A stretch of DNA of 64,000 nucleotides from Chiloscyllium plagiosum (taxonomy: Eukaryota): NCBI RefSeq assembly GCF_004010195.1, contig NC_057749.1, forward strand, positions 20,411,782-20,475,781. The letters run 5' to 3'. The notes below the pieces were generated by a model. The model made no database searches and was not told where the DNA came from. It saw only the letters and a list, made by a program, of their open reading frames with translations. The position numbers were made by a program, and so were the translations under genes. Of this stretch, positions 24,845 through 38,348 are shown one piece after another; position 1 is the stretch's first letter, and each line of letters opens with the position of its first letter.

Positions 24845-25207
24845 TTAAAAATCACACAACATGAGGTTATAGTCCAACAGGTTTATTTGGAAGCACTAGA
24901 TTTCGGAGCGACGCTCCTTCATCAGGTGATTGTGGAGGACACAATTGTAAGACACAGAATTTATAGCAAAATTTACAGTGTAAATTACAGAATTATATTT
25001 ACAGAATTTACAGTGTGATGTAACTGAAATTATACATTGAAAAATACCTTGATTGTTTGTTGAATCTTTCATCTGTTCGAATATCATGATAGTTTCACTT
25101 CTTTCATGTGTAAATCTCAAAACATTGTTTTAAAAGTTACATTCTCAAAATGTTGTGTCCATGTCTACTGCTCTGCCCAGTCCAACACCGGCATCTCCAA
25201 ATCATGA
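24845..25207 (-). mobile_element. Third Penelope-type pLTR family; hammerhead motif at 24894-24928 (-)
   Basis: Reverse complement CAC-CUGAUGA-A-GGAGC(GUC)GCUCC-GAAA-UC-UA-GUG; related copies at ~23696-23905, ~32465-32860 and ~33550-33695 (the last shows GAAA-GC-UA). Confidence 0.65.
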
Positions 25208-25395
25208 ACAGTATTCAAAATTGGCTTGCTGGTAGGAGACAGAGGGTGGTGATAGGAGGTTGGTGTACAGGCCAGAGGCCTATGATCGAGGATTGATGCT
25301 GGGTCCATTGTTGTTAGTTATTTATGTAAATGATTTGGATGAGAATACAGGAGGCATGGTTAGTAAGTTTACAGATGGCACCAAAATTGGTGGTG

Positions 25396-25611
25396 CAGTC
25401 GGTTCTGATCTATAATAATTCTGTTCTCGTGTGATCTCACGTGATAAGAAAATCACACAATAGCCACACCATTTGAACTAATGGGGCCAGAATCGGTTTA
25501 TAGCCAATACAGGTAAGGAATGTTCCTGTTCTACAAATAACAGTCTAAATTCTTCGATCGCATTAAAGCCAATTTGCATTGAAGAAATGCGCAAACTAGC
25601 AGAACCGACTC
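25396..25611. mobile_element. Tc1/mariner(pogo)-type MITE inserted in a CR1 RT fragment
   Basis: TIRs CAGTCGGTTCTG / CAGAACCGACTC with TG/TA flanks; splits the CR1 motif KIGG.VDSEE; a similar decayed element at ~60082-60309. Confidence 0.65.
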
Positions 25612-25796
25612 TACAGTGGACAGTGAAGAAGATTACCCAGGAGTACAACAGGGTCTTGATCAACTGGGTCAGTGTGCTGAGGAATGGTAGATGGAGATAA
25701 ATGCAAGGTGTTGCATTTTGGTATGACAAACCAGGGCAGGACTTGCACAGCTAATGGTAGGACCCTGGGGAGTGTTATCAAACAGAGAGATCCAGG

Positions 25797-26612
25797 GAAA
25801 AAGTGAGGTCTGCAGATGCTGGAGATCAGAGTCAATGGTGGTGCTGGAAAAACACAGCAGGCCAGGCAGCATTTGAGGAGCAGGAGAATTGACATTCCGG
25901 GCGTAAGCCCTTCATCAGGAATGAGGCTTGTGGGTCGAGGCTGAGAGATAAATGGGAGGTGGGTGTGGTAGGAGGGAGGTATCTGGGAAAGCGATAGGTG
26001 GATGAAGGTGAGGGAGAAGATGATAGGTCAGAGGGGGGGAGTGATGGACAGGTCAGGAGGGAGGTGCCAAGTTGGAGGCTTGGGACTGGGATAATGTGGG
26101 GGGAGGGGAAGTGAGGAAGCTGTTGAAATCCACTTTTATCCCGTGTGGTTGCAGGGTCCCTAGGCAGAATATGAGGCGTTCTTCCTCCAGGCATTGGGTA
26201 GTAATGGTTTGGTGGTGGAGGAGGCCCAGGACATGCATGTCCTTGATGGAGTGGGAGGGGGAGTTGAAGTGTTCAGCCACAGGATGGTGGGGTTGGTGGG
26301 TACGGGTGTCCCAGAGATGTTCTCTGAAACAATCCGCAAGAAGGCGTCCTGTCTCCCCGATGTAGAGGAGACCACATCGGGTACAACAGATTCAGTAGAT
26401 GACATTGGTAGAGATACAGGTAAATTTCTGACGGATGTGGAAGGATCCCTTGGGGCCTTAGACAGAGGTGAGGGGAGTGGCATGGGCGCAGGTTTTGCAC
26501 TTACTGTGGTGGCGGGGAAAGGTGCCAGGACTGGGGTGTGGGCTGGCGGGGGAGCGTAGACCTGACGAGGGATTCGCGGAGGGAATGAGGGAAATATATC
26601 TTTGGTGGTGGG
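25797..26612 (-). mobile_element. Penelope-like element 3' end: GIY-YIG endonuclease plus pLTR
   Basis: Decayed ORF ..LLYIGETGR..FREHL..PVAEHFNSPSHS..LEEERLIFCLGTLQPHGIKVDF, followed by the same pLTR/hammerhead sequence as the palindromic elements. Confidence 0.9.
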
Positions 26613-28395
26613 GAGATCTAGGGATGCAGGTTCATAATTCCTCTAAAGTGGCATTACTGGTAGACAGAGTGATGAAGAAGGCATACTTACCTTTATGGGT
26701 CAGAGCATTGAGTACAGGAGTTGGGACATCATATTAAACTGTACACTGGTAGAGCCACATTTGGAGTACTGCATGTGATTCTGGTTGCTCTGCTAAGGGA
26801 AGGACGTTATTAAACTGGAAAGGGTGCACAAGCGATTTACGAGGATGTTACCAAGACTGGAGGGTTTGAGTTGTAATGTCAGGCTGGATAGGCTGGGACT
26901 TTTTTCTCTGGAGCATAGGAGGCTGAGGGGCGATCTTATAGAAGTTTATAAAATCATGAGGGCATAGATAAGGTGAATAGCCAAGATTTTTTTCCCAGGG
27001 TAGGGGAGTCCAAAGCTAGAGGTCATCGGTTTAAGGTGAGAGGGGAAAGATTTAAAAGGGACCTGAAGGGCAACATTTTCACCCAGAGATTGGTGCGTAT
27101 ATGGAACAAGATGCCAGAGGAATTGGTAGAGATGATTATAATTACAAAATTTAGAAGACATTTGGTCAGATAGGAAAGGTTTAGAGGATTATGGGCCAAA
27201 TGCAGACAAATGGGGCTAATTCAATTCAGGAAATCTGGTCAGCATGAACAAGTTGGGCTGAAGGGTCTGTTTCCATGCTATATGACTCGATGACACACAT
27301 GCCAGGCAATGACCTTTTCCAATAGAAGACAATCTAATCACCACCCCTTGACATTCAATGGTGTTACCATCACTGAATGCCACACTAGCAACATCCTAGG
27401 GGTTACCATTGACCAGACATCCCACTGGCAGGCTGACAGAAAGCAGAGAGCATACAGAAATGAGTCTTCTTCAGATTGATAGGATGGAATGAGAGGAGCC
27501 CCACAGAGCTATGCCCTCAACCTTTTGCAGTTTATATCAATGACTCAGATACGATAGCATGACTCCAGCTCAGATCGGAGAGTATGTTATGAAGATGACA
27601 TCAGGAGGTTGCAGACTGCTATACAAATATTGAGTGAGTGGGCAAAAATCTGGAAGGCTGAGTACAATGATTCTTGTTCACTCTGGCAAGAAGAACGAAA
27701 AAGCAAGATATTACTCAAATGAAGAATTTACAAGGTGCAGAAGGATCTCTGTGTTCCAGTTCATGAATCAAAATAAAGGAGTGTACAGTTACAGCAAGCA
27801 ATCAAGAAGGCTGATGAAAGCTATCCTTTATTATTAAAAGTAAGGATTAATGTTTCAGTTATTCAGGGCTTTGATGAGACGATATCTCGAAGACTGTGGC
27901 ACTTTTAGTCTCTTTATTGAAGGAAATATGTAAATGAGTTGGAGGTGATTTGGAAGAGGTTTACTAACTTGATGAGTAGGTTGTCAGATAAGACAAGGTT
28001 GAACAAACTGGGCTTGTTTCCCCACTAGAGTGAGGGGTGATTTGACTGTTGTGTGTAAGATTCCGAACAATCTTGAGAAGGTGGAAAGGATATTTCCACT
28101 TGTGTGTGAACACAGAAGTAGGGGATACACCTTGAGGGCAGAGATGAAGGGACTTTGTTTCTCTCTGAGGGATGTGTGAGGTTGGAACTCTCTGCCTCAG
28201 AAGGTGGTGGAGGTAGGGGTCATTGAATATTTTGTAAGGCAGAAGTAGATTGATTCCTGTTTGGCAGGGGAACCGGGAACCAGGATTAGATGGGAATGTG
28301 GAATTCGAAACACAATCTTATTGAATGAGGGAGCAGGCTTGAGGAACTGAATAGCCTACTTCAGTTAATTTGTATGTTCACACACATTACTCAAA

Positions 28396-28597
28396 AGGAG
28401 AAAGTGAGGACTGCAGATGCTGGAGATCAGAGTCAAAACGTGCAGTGCTGAAAAAGCACAGCAGGTCAGGCAGCTTCCGAGAAGCAGGAGAGTTGACATT
28501 CTCCTGCTCTCCTGCTCCTTGGATGCTGCCTGACCTGTTGTGCTTTTCCAGCAACACACTCTCGACTCTGATCTCCAGCCTCAGCAGTGCTCACTTT
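28396..28597. mobile_element. Short palindromic Penelope-derived element with central deletion
   Basis: aggagaaagtgaggactgcagatgctgg... mirrored by ...ctccagcctcagcagtgctcacttt. Confidence 0.75.
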
Positions 28598-30430
28598 GGT
28601 TTAGAATGTCTGATGCAAGTTTATGATGTTTTTATTGTTTGATCTTACATTGCAAAATGTTGTGGAGTTCTGCTCTTTTTTTGTCAGAAAGTGATTTGGA
28701 ACAGTGAGCCTGCCTAAGAAATCATGTGACTTCAGGTGACCCAGCAGGTTACCGGGTGTGAAAATAGCAGCTTTTTGTTGACTTGAGCTTTTATGACCAA
28801 AGAGAGGACAAATGACCCGGAAGCACAAGCAGATTGAGTTCAGAAGAACGCATATCCTTCTAAACCTTTCCTCTTCATGTACCTATCTAAACATTTCTTC
28901 AATGTTGCAAGTGTATCTGCATCTACCACTTCCTCTGGCAGTTTATTCCACATACAAACCTCCCTCTGTGTGAAAAGGTTCCCCATCAGGTACTCTTTTC
29001 CCTCTCACCTTTAAAATTATCTGGTGAATGTGCAGAAAGTTATCACGGGGCGGCAAGGTGTCTCAGTGGTTAGCAATGCTGCCTTACAGCATCAGGGTCC
29101 CAGGTTTGATTCCAGGCTCGGGTGACTGTCTGCATGGAGTTTGCACATTCTCCCCATGTCTGCGTGGGTTTCCTCTGGGTGCTCCAATTTCCTCCCATTG
29201 TCCAAAGATGTGCAGTGGATGAATTGGCCATGCTAAATTACCCACAGTGTTAAGTGCATTAGAGGGGAAATGGGTCTGGGTGGGTTACTCTTCGGAGGGT
29301 CGGTGTGGACTGGCTGGGCTGAATGGCCTGATTGCACACTGTAGGGAATCTAATCAAAAGGATACACTTAAGAACTCATCAGTTGAGTAAGAAATTAAAG
29401 AGGGAAGGTAGGAGTGATACTTCAATGATTGAGTATCTGTTAAGGAAATGGATTGAATCTTACTTTTTACTGAAAATGATATTATCTTACAGCATTTTTT
29501 CTCCCTTTTTCTTTTGAGCAGTAAACTTACATTCTTTTGCTAAAGTACATTGACAGTCTCATGTGCAGATGTTCAGCGACAGATCAACATGGTCACCAAA
29601 TTAAAAAAGGTAACACTTATGCTGTATCAAACCAGAATTCACTCTGGAATTCTACTTGTCCAGTATTTGTATCAGCTGAGATCATAACAAATGTACTGCC
29701 TGAGAGTGTGGGTGAAAGGAGATACTATTAAAGCATTGAAGAGAGAATTGGAGTATTATCTAAAAAGGGACAAATGTGAGGGGCTACAGGGAGATAGAAG
29801 AAGGTGCTAGATAAATTGCTCCTTTTAGACAGTCATCCCAGATACAGTTGCCAGAGTGGCCTGCTTCTGTGCTGTAACCATGCTGTGATTCTATAATACG
29901 TAGAATAATGTGTATCAGCAAAGCATTATTGCATAAAAATTCATAGCTATGCCAATCTCTTTTTCACTCTCGACATTTGAGTAAGATGGTGTGATGTTAA
30001 CCCATGGCCACGAGATGGCAGCATAGGCCAGCAAACAGAACACTTTTCAGAAACAGAAAGCTGAACATTTTTGATAGAATCATAGAATCCCCACAGTGTG
30101 GAAACAGGCAGTTTGGCCCAACAAGTTCACACCAACCCTCCAAAGAGATTCACACCCAGACCTATTCCCCTACCCTATTACTCTACATTTACTCCGGACT
30201 AATGCACCTAACCTACACATCCTTGAACACTACAGGCAATTTAGCATGGCCAATCCACCCTGACCTGCACATCTTTGGACTGTGGGAGGAAACCGGAGCA
30301 CCCGGAGGAAACCCACGCAGACACGGGGAGATGGTGCAAACTCCACACAGACAGTCGCCTGAGGCGGGAATTGAATGCAAGCCCCTGTGAGGCAGCAGCG
30401 CTAACCACTGAGCAACCGTGATCATGATCA

Positions 30431-31112
30431 TTTTAACATGAAATATATCAAACAAACTTTTAATTTTCGACTGACGATTTTAAATGACACTAATATTGAT
30501 AGTCCCAGAGAGTTCATTTTCACTCTGGATTCTGATACGCTGGTGATTTAAAATGAAATTGATTTAAATCACTAAGGAAGTGATGTACTCAAAATGAGTT
30601 ACAGTTTTTGAATCCGGTATGACTTCTTCAGATTTAATTAGTTTGCTTTGGCTCATTCTTATTAACCCATCCAAACAGGCTCAGATTCCTGGAAAATCAG
30701 CTGCATTTTTTTTAAAGCTCCCCAGAACCTGGCTGCTGGGTTTAAGTGAGTTTGTAATTTATTCAGTAGTAATTATTGTATCCTTTTGGAGGGATCAATT
30801 ACAGGTATAAAACCATTAGCAATATTGCCACAGAGATGTTAACTCTCACTTGGAAGTGTATGGGTTAATAAGAATGAGCCAACACAGACTTGTACAAAGC
30901 AGACTAATTAGTTCTGAAGAAGTCATACCGAATTCAAAAACATTAACTCATTTCGGGTACGTACCTTTTGTGAATTAAATCTATTTCATTTTAAAGCAAC
31001 GGCATATCAGAATCCAGAGTGAAACTGAACTGTCTGGGACTATCAACATTACTTGGTGTTATTTCAAAATCATCAGCAGAAAATTAAAAGTTTGATACAT
31101 TTTATGTTAAAA
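30431..31112. repeat. Long imperfect inverted repeat (~240-bp arms, ~190-bp spacer)
   Basis: 30431-30670 is the reverse complement of 30860-31112, e.g. ggctcattcttattaacccat / atgggttaataagaatgagcc and cactctggattctgata / tatcagaatccagagtg. Confidence 0.85.
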
Positions 31113-34100
31113 AGCAATGATGCTGAGCTGGCCTTTAGGGAACCTTGCTGTGATGATGTTAAATCAGCAATAATAAATATAAATGAAAACATCAGATAGT
31201 ATCTACTGCTTCTTGGCCAAAGTCCAGAGGCTGAAGTGGCTCAGATAAAGTAATTAACTGGTGAATCCATGAAATAACATTTTCACAAAGTGCTTTAAAA
31301 TAGATGTCCATACTTTTACGGGCGGCATGGTGGCACAGTGGTCAGCACTACTGCCTCACAGCGCCAGAGACCTGAGTTCAAATCCTACCTCGGGCAACTG
31401 TCTGTGTGGAGTTTGCACATTCGCCCCGTGTCTGCGTGGGTTTCCTCCCACAGTCTAAAGATGTGCCGGTCAGGGTGAATTGGCCCATGCTAAAGTGCCT
31501 GTAGTGTTAGGTGTAGGGGGATGGGTCTGGGTGGGTTGCTCTTCAGAGGGTCGGTGTGTGGACTTGTTGGGCTGAAGGGCCTGTAAGTAAGTAATCTAAT
31601 ATTGCATATCAATGTATGTTAACTTAAATAGTAATACACTGAATGTTACTATCCTGCTTTATTGCAATTTTGGTTTTGTTGATGTTTGGAACCACATTAA
31701 TTTTCAATAACAAAGTGGAGACACATTGACTAATAGTATAGCAAGCACCGGCTTAAAGGATACAAGGCGGATTGGAGAAGCGAAACATATTTCTCTGACT
31801 GGGGGCATGATAAAGGAGTTAGTACCTGGACTATTGCCTTTCTTCAACATTGAAATGATGTGAAACACAGGGAGTGCAGTTTTGAAGTTTGTAGATGATG
31901 TTTTTATAAAAACACTTGGCAAAGTAGCAAATAGTGAAGAACACAGATAGGGATTTCAGGATGATACAAACAGACGGAGAGGTGGCAGGTGCAGTTTAAT
32001 GCAGGTAAGCATGAACATAGAACATTCCAGCTCAGTACAGAGCCCTCGGCCCTCAATGTTGTGGAACCAATCCGAAATCCATCTAACCAAACTGTTCCAT
32101 TATCATCCACGTGTTTATCCAATGACCATTTAAATGCCCTTAAAATTGGCGAGTCCACCACTGTTCCAGGCAGCGCGTTCCACACCCCTACTACTCTCTG
32201 AGTAAAGAAACTACCTCAGACATCTGTCCTATATCTATCATCCTTCATTTTAAAGCTATGTCCCCTCATGCTGGCCATCACCATCAGAGGAAAAAGGTTC
32301 TCAACTGTCCACGCTATCTAACCTTCTGATTATATGAAGTGACAAATCAGAACTAACAACATGAAGAAACTAACTTTTTTGTTGGTTCATGGGATGTGAA
32401 CATTTTCTGTCCATTCATAGTTACCCTGGAAAAGATGCTGGTGGGGCAGCCTTTTTGAATCACGTTAAAAATCACACATCAGCTTATAGCCCAACAGGTT
32501 TATTTGGAAGCATTAGCTTTCAGAGCACTGCTCCTTCATCGGGTAACTAGTGGGGCAGAAGCATAAGACAGAATTTATAGCAAAAGATCACAATGTCATG
32601 CAATTAAATTGATATATTGAACAAAACTAAATTGCTGTTAAGTTTCATCTTTTAGGATGGGTTATAAGTTTAGGTGCATTAATATGTAAATCTCAGAACT
32701 TCTTTGAAGTCACATTCTCAAGTAACATCAGGCTTTATAAAAGGAAGGTGACAGCTCAGACAATGTATTAAAGGTGTGAGGTTAGAGTCTGTCTGTATCC
32801 CAATTTTGAGTCAGACTGGTTCTATTTCCAAAGTAGGAATTTATTACATGTTATATGGATTGACTGTCTGCATTCCAAAGATATGTAGGTTAGGGGGATT
32901 GGCCATGCTGAATTAACTCATAGTGTCCAGAGATGTGCAGACTAAATGGATAAGCCATGATAAATGCAGGGTTACTGGGCTAGGGTAGGCAGTAGTTCTG
33001 GTGAAGATCTAGATCCCAGGAGGGACCTCCTGGTTTCATGTTCGGTCAAAAGAATCACCAGGAATATAGTCTGTATAAAGCAAGGTTAGCAGTTTTGTCC
33101 AGCAACACAGAGGTTAAAGCTTCTGTGTTCCATGGTGAAACTGCACAATTGCATTCAAAAATTAAACATTATTTATAGGGTTTTTTTAAGAAACAGCACA
33201 GCCTTAATTACAAGAAAAGACCAATCAAATGTAATAAGGTGACATGATCGACAGCAGATTAGTCCAATGATATATCCTGGAAAATGGTTCTTGTCTTACG
33301 TAGATCATCATCTCATGCTGGCACTTCAAGGTTAGCTCGAGTGGTCAGTTAATGTCTTATGCTTTACCTTCTAATTCAGCTAACTCAGCAAAGCAATAAT
33401 GTTGGTTCACAGTGTCAAATCATAACTTGAAGCCATTTTGTTGTGTTATTTTAAATTGAAAAGCCATCTTGTGGTTAATAAAAACCTATATATATATATA
33501 TTTGTTGCTTCTGACAGCAGCCTCACTGGGTGGAATGCTTTCAAACTGTAGTCATGATTTGGAGATGACGGTGTTGGACTGGGGTGTACAAAGTTAAAAG
33601 TCATGCAAACCACCTGAAGGGGCAGCGCTCCGAAAGCTAGCACTTCCAATTAAACCTGTTGGACTATAACCTAGTGTTGTGCAATTTTTAACTTCAAACT
33701 GTAGGGATTCTACGAACAAGTTGAGACCCAAAAAAGGTGTTCAAAATGATGAGCGGTTTTGATAAAGGTAGCAGGGAGAAATGAGTTTCCTCTGGTGAAT
33801 GGGTCAGATAGTAGGAGTCTTGGATTTAACTGATTGGCGAAAGAGGTGGTCTTTTCACGCAAAAGGTTATTAAGATCTGTAACTGAGTATCTGAATAATA
33901 ATTCATAAGAAATTTTATTCACATCAAGAACAATTATCAACACTATTTAGTAATGACTTGGATAATGGCATAGAAAATCATACATCCAAATTTGCTGATG
34001 ACACAAAAGTAGGTGACATTCTAGACAGTGTAGATAGAACATAGAAAAGTATAGCACAGAACAGGCCCTTCAGCCCACGACGTTGTACCGAGGATTATTC

Positions 34101-34184
34101 CTAATCTAATATAAAATAACTTAACCTACGCACCCCTCAACTCACTGCTATCCATGTGCATGTCACTTAAATGTCCTTGATATG

Positions 34185-36252
34185 TATGTACCTGTCAGGC
34201 AGGAAAGAGATGGTCGTGTGAGGGAACCTTGGTTGACGAGGGAGGTTGAATGTCTTGTAAAGAGGAAGAAGGAGGCTTACATAAGGTTGAGGAAACAAGG
34301 TTCAGTCAAGAGTGTTGGAGGGATACAGGATAGCCAGAAGGGAGCTGAAGAAAGGGATTAGGAGAGCTAAGAGAGGGCATGAAAAATCTTTGGCGGGTAG
34401 GATCAAGGATAACCCCAAGGCATTTTATGCGTATGTGAGAAACATGAGAATGACGAGAACAAGGGTAGGTCCGATCAAGGACAGTAGTGGGAGACTGTAT
34501 ATTGAGTCGGAAGAGATAGGAGAGGTCTTAAATGAGTACTTTTCTTCAGTATTTACAAACGAGACGGACCGTATTGTTGAAGAGGAGAGTGTGAAACGGA
34601 CTGGTAAGCTAGAAGAAATACTTGTTAGGAACGAAGATGTGTTGGGCATTTTGAACAACTTGAGGATAGACAAGTCCCCCGGGCCTGACGGGATATATCC
34701 TAGGATTATGTGAGAAGCAAGAGAGGAAATNNNNNNNNNNNNNNNNNNNNNNNNNNNNNNNNNNNNNNNNNNNNNNNNNNNNNNNNNNNNNNNNNNNNNN
34801 NNNNNNNNNNNNNNNNNNNNNNNNNNNNNNNNNNNNNNNNNNNNNNNNNNNNNNNNNNNNNNNNNNNNNNNNNNNNNNNNNNNNNNNNNNNNNNNNNNNN
34901 NNNNNNNNNNNNNNNNNNNNNNNNNNNNNNNNNNNNNNNNNNNNNNNNNNNNNNNNNNNNNNNNNNNNNNNNNNNNNNNNNNNNNNNNNNNNNNNNNNNN
35001 NNNNNNNNNNNNNNNNNNNNNNNNNNNNNNNNNNNNNNNNNNNNNNNNNNNNNNNNNNNNNNNNNNNNNNNNNNNNNNNNNNNNNNNNNNNNNNNNNNNN
35101 NNNNNNNNNNNNNNNNNNNNNNNNNNNNNNNNNNNNNNNNNNNNNNNNNNNNNNNNNNNNNNNNNNNNNNNNNNNNNNNNNNNNNNNNNNNNNNNNNNNN
35201 NNNNNNNNNNNNNNNNNNNNNNNNNNNNNNNNNNNNNNNNNNNNNNNNNNNNNNNNNNNNNNNNNNNNNNNNNNNNNNNNNNNNNNNNNNNNNNNNNNNN
35301 NNNNNNNNNNNNNNNNNNNNNNNNNNNNNNNNNNNNNNNNNNNNNNNNNNNNNNNNNNNNNNNNNNNNNNNNNNNNNNNNNNNNNNNNNNNNNNNNNNNN
35401 NNNNNNNNNNNNNNNNNNNNNNNNNNNNNNNNNNNNNNNNNNNNNNNNNNNNNNNNNNNNNNNNNNNNNNNNNNNNNNNNNNNNNNNNNNNNNNNNNNNN
35501 NNNNNNNNNNNNNNNNNNNNNNNNNNNNNNNNNNNNNNNNNNNNNNNNNNNNNNNNNNNNNNNNNNNNNNNNNNNNNNNNNNNNNNNNNNNNNNNNNNNN
35601 NNNAGGTGGAGGAATAGAGGGATCTTGGGGTCTATGTACATAGATCTTTGAAGGTTGCCACTCAGGTGGATAGAGTTTGTAAGAAGGCCTATGGAGTATT
35701 ATCGTTCATTAGCAGAGGGATTGAATTCAAGAGTCGTGAAGTGATGTTGCAGCTGTACAGGACTTTGGTTAGGCCACAGTTGGAGTACTGTGTGCAGTTC
35801 TGGTCGCCTCATTTTAGGAAAGATGTGGAAGCTTTGGAGAGGGTGCAGAGAAGATTTACCAGGATGTTGCCTGGAATTGAGAATAGGTCGTACGAGGATA
35901 GGTTGAGAGTGCTAGGCTTTTTCTCATTGGAACGGAGAAGGATGAGGGGTGACTTGATAGAGGTTTATAAGATGATCAGAGGAATAGATAGAGTAGACAG
36001 TCAGAAACTTTTTCCCCGGGTACAACAGAATGTTACAAGGGGACATAAATTTAAGGTGAAGAGTGGAAGGTATAGGGGGGATGTCAGGGGTAGGTTCTTT
36101 ACCCAGACAGTGGTGGGGGCATGGAATGTGCTGCCTGTGAGAGTGGCAGAGTCAGAATCATTGGATGGGTGCTTAAGCTAGGATAAATGTTCAGCACATC
36201 ATCGTAGGCCGAAGGGCCTGTTCTGTACTGTATTGTTCTATGTTCTATGTTC
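34185..36252 (+). mobile_element. Young CR1 LINE (5'-truncated, gap inside)
   Basis: IKDNPKAFYAYV..LNEYFSSVFT..DKSPGPDGIYPR; LYRTLVRPQLEYCVQFWSP; (ttctatg)n tail. Confidence 0.93.
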
Positions 36253-38348
36253 TATGACTCTGCTTCCGCCACTACAGCTGGCAACGCCTTCCATGCATTC
36301 ACAACTCTCTGCGTAAAGAACCTACCTTTGACATCTCCTCTATACCTTCCTCCTAATGTCTTAAAACTATAACTCTCCATGCCAATCGATGCTGCCCTGG
36401 GGAAAAGTCTCTGGCTATTGACTCTATCCATGCTTCTCATTACCTTGTATACCTCGATCAGGTCACTTCTCTTCCTCCTTCTCTCTGAGAGAAAGGTCCG
36501 AGCTTAGTCAACCTCTCTTTATAAGACAAGTCCTCCAGTCCAGGCAGCATCCTGGTAAACCTTTGCATCCTCTCCAAAGCCTCCGTATCTTTCCTATAAT
36601 TGGGTGACCAAAACTGGACACAGTATTCCAAGTGTGGCCTCACCAGGGACTAGTAGAGCTGCAGCAAAACCTCACGGCTCTTAAACTCTATCCCCCTGTT
36701 GATGAAAGCCAAAACAACATATTCTTTTTTAACAACCCTATCCACTTGGATGGCAACTTTGAGGGATCTATGTACTTGCACACCCAGATCCTTCTGTTCC
36801 TCCACACTGCCAAGAATCCTGTCTTTAATCCAATATTCAGCATTCAAGTTCGACCTTCCAAAATGCATCACTTCACGTTTATCCAGGTTGAACTCCATCT
36901 GCCATTTCTCAGCCCAGCTCTGCATTCTGTCTATGTCACGCTGCAGTAGCCCTATATACTATCAACGGCACCTCCGACCTTTGTGTCATCTGCAAATTTA
37001 CTAACCCACCCCTCAACCTCCTCATCCAAATCATTTATAAAAACTACCAAGAGCAGAGTCCCAAGAACAGAGCCCTGCGGGACCCCACTCAACACTGTCC
37101 TTCAGGCAGAATACTTTACATCTACAACCACTCTCTGTCTTCTGTCAGCCAACCAATTCTGAATCCAGATAGCCAAATCTCCCTGTATCCTATTTCTCCT
37201 GACTTTATGAATGAGACTACTATGGGGAACCTTATCAAATGCCTTGCTGAAGTCCATATACACCACATCCACTGCTCGACCTTCATTGACCTGTCTCGTT
37301 ACCTCCTCAAAGAACTCAGTAAGATTTGTGAGGCATGACTTACCCCTCACAAGGCCATGCTGACTGCCTTTAATCACACTATGCTTTGCCAAATAGTCAT
37401 CGATCCTATCCCTCGGAATTCTTTCCAAAACTTTGCTGACCACAGACGTAAGACTGACTGGTCTGTAATTTCAGGGATTTCCCTATTCCCCTTCTTGAAA
37501 AGAGGAACAACATTCGCCTCCTTCCAATCCTCCGGTGCGACTCCCGTGGAGAGTGAGGAGGCAAAGATCTTCACCGGCAGCTTAGCAACCTCCTTTCTCA
37601 CTTCCTGGAGCAGCCTAGGATAAATCTGGTCTGGCCCTGGGGACCTATCAATCTTAATGTTTTCCAAAATTTCCAGCACATCAACGTCATCAATCTTGAT
37701 TTGGTCAAGTCTGTACCCCAGCTCCTCAAAGTTTTCATTCACAACAAATTCCCTTTCCTTAGTGAAAACTGAAGCAAAAAACTAATTTAGGACTTCCCCT
37801 ATCTGCTCAGACTCCACGCACAAGTTCCCTACACTATCCCTGATGGGTCCTACCTTCGCCCTGATCATTCTCTTATTCCTCATGTATGAGTAAAATGCCT
37901 TTGGGTTCTCCTTAATCCTTCTTATCTAGCCTTTCTCGTGCCCCCACCTGGCTTTCCTCAGCCAATTTCTGAGCTCCTTTCTAGTAGGCCTGTAATCCTC
38001 TAAAGCTGTGCTAGTTCATTGCTTCCTCCATTTCTCATCATAAGGAAGCTGTCTTCTTCCTTATGATGAGAAGCTCCTCTGTTCTTGTCATCCAAGGCTC
38101 CTTAATCTTACCCCTTCTTGCCTGTCTCAGAGGAACAAATTTGTGCATCACTCGTAACAACTGTTCCTTAAACAGTCTCCACATGTCTGCTGTGCCCTTT
38201 CTGAGGAACAATTGCTCCCAGTCAGTATTTCCCAACTCCTGTCTGATAGCGTCATAATTTCCTTTTCCCCAATTAACTATCTTGCCTTGGTAACTGCTCC
38301 TTTCTCTCTCCAAGGCGATTGGTTAATGTGAGGTAGTTGTGGTCACTA
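36253..38348 (-). mobile_element. CR1 LINE ORF2; its 3' tail lies at ~34035-34180
   Basis: SPGPDQIYPRLL, PEDWKEANVVPLFKKG, QHGLVRGKSCLTNL, MDFSKAFDKVPH, RPHLEYCVQFWSP. Confidence 0.93.

Larger units (their letters stand above)
25205..28370 (+). mobile_element. Stacked decayed CR1 fragments interleaved with a MITE and a Penelope element
   Basis: RT motifs GPLLLVIYVNDLD, KFTDGTKIGG, RGHRFKVRGERFKRDL. Confidence 0.8.

Noticed and set aside
34706..35651. Long ORFs of 311-313 aa
   Set aside because: Almost entirely N (assembly gap).
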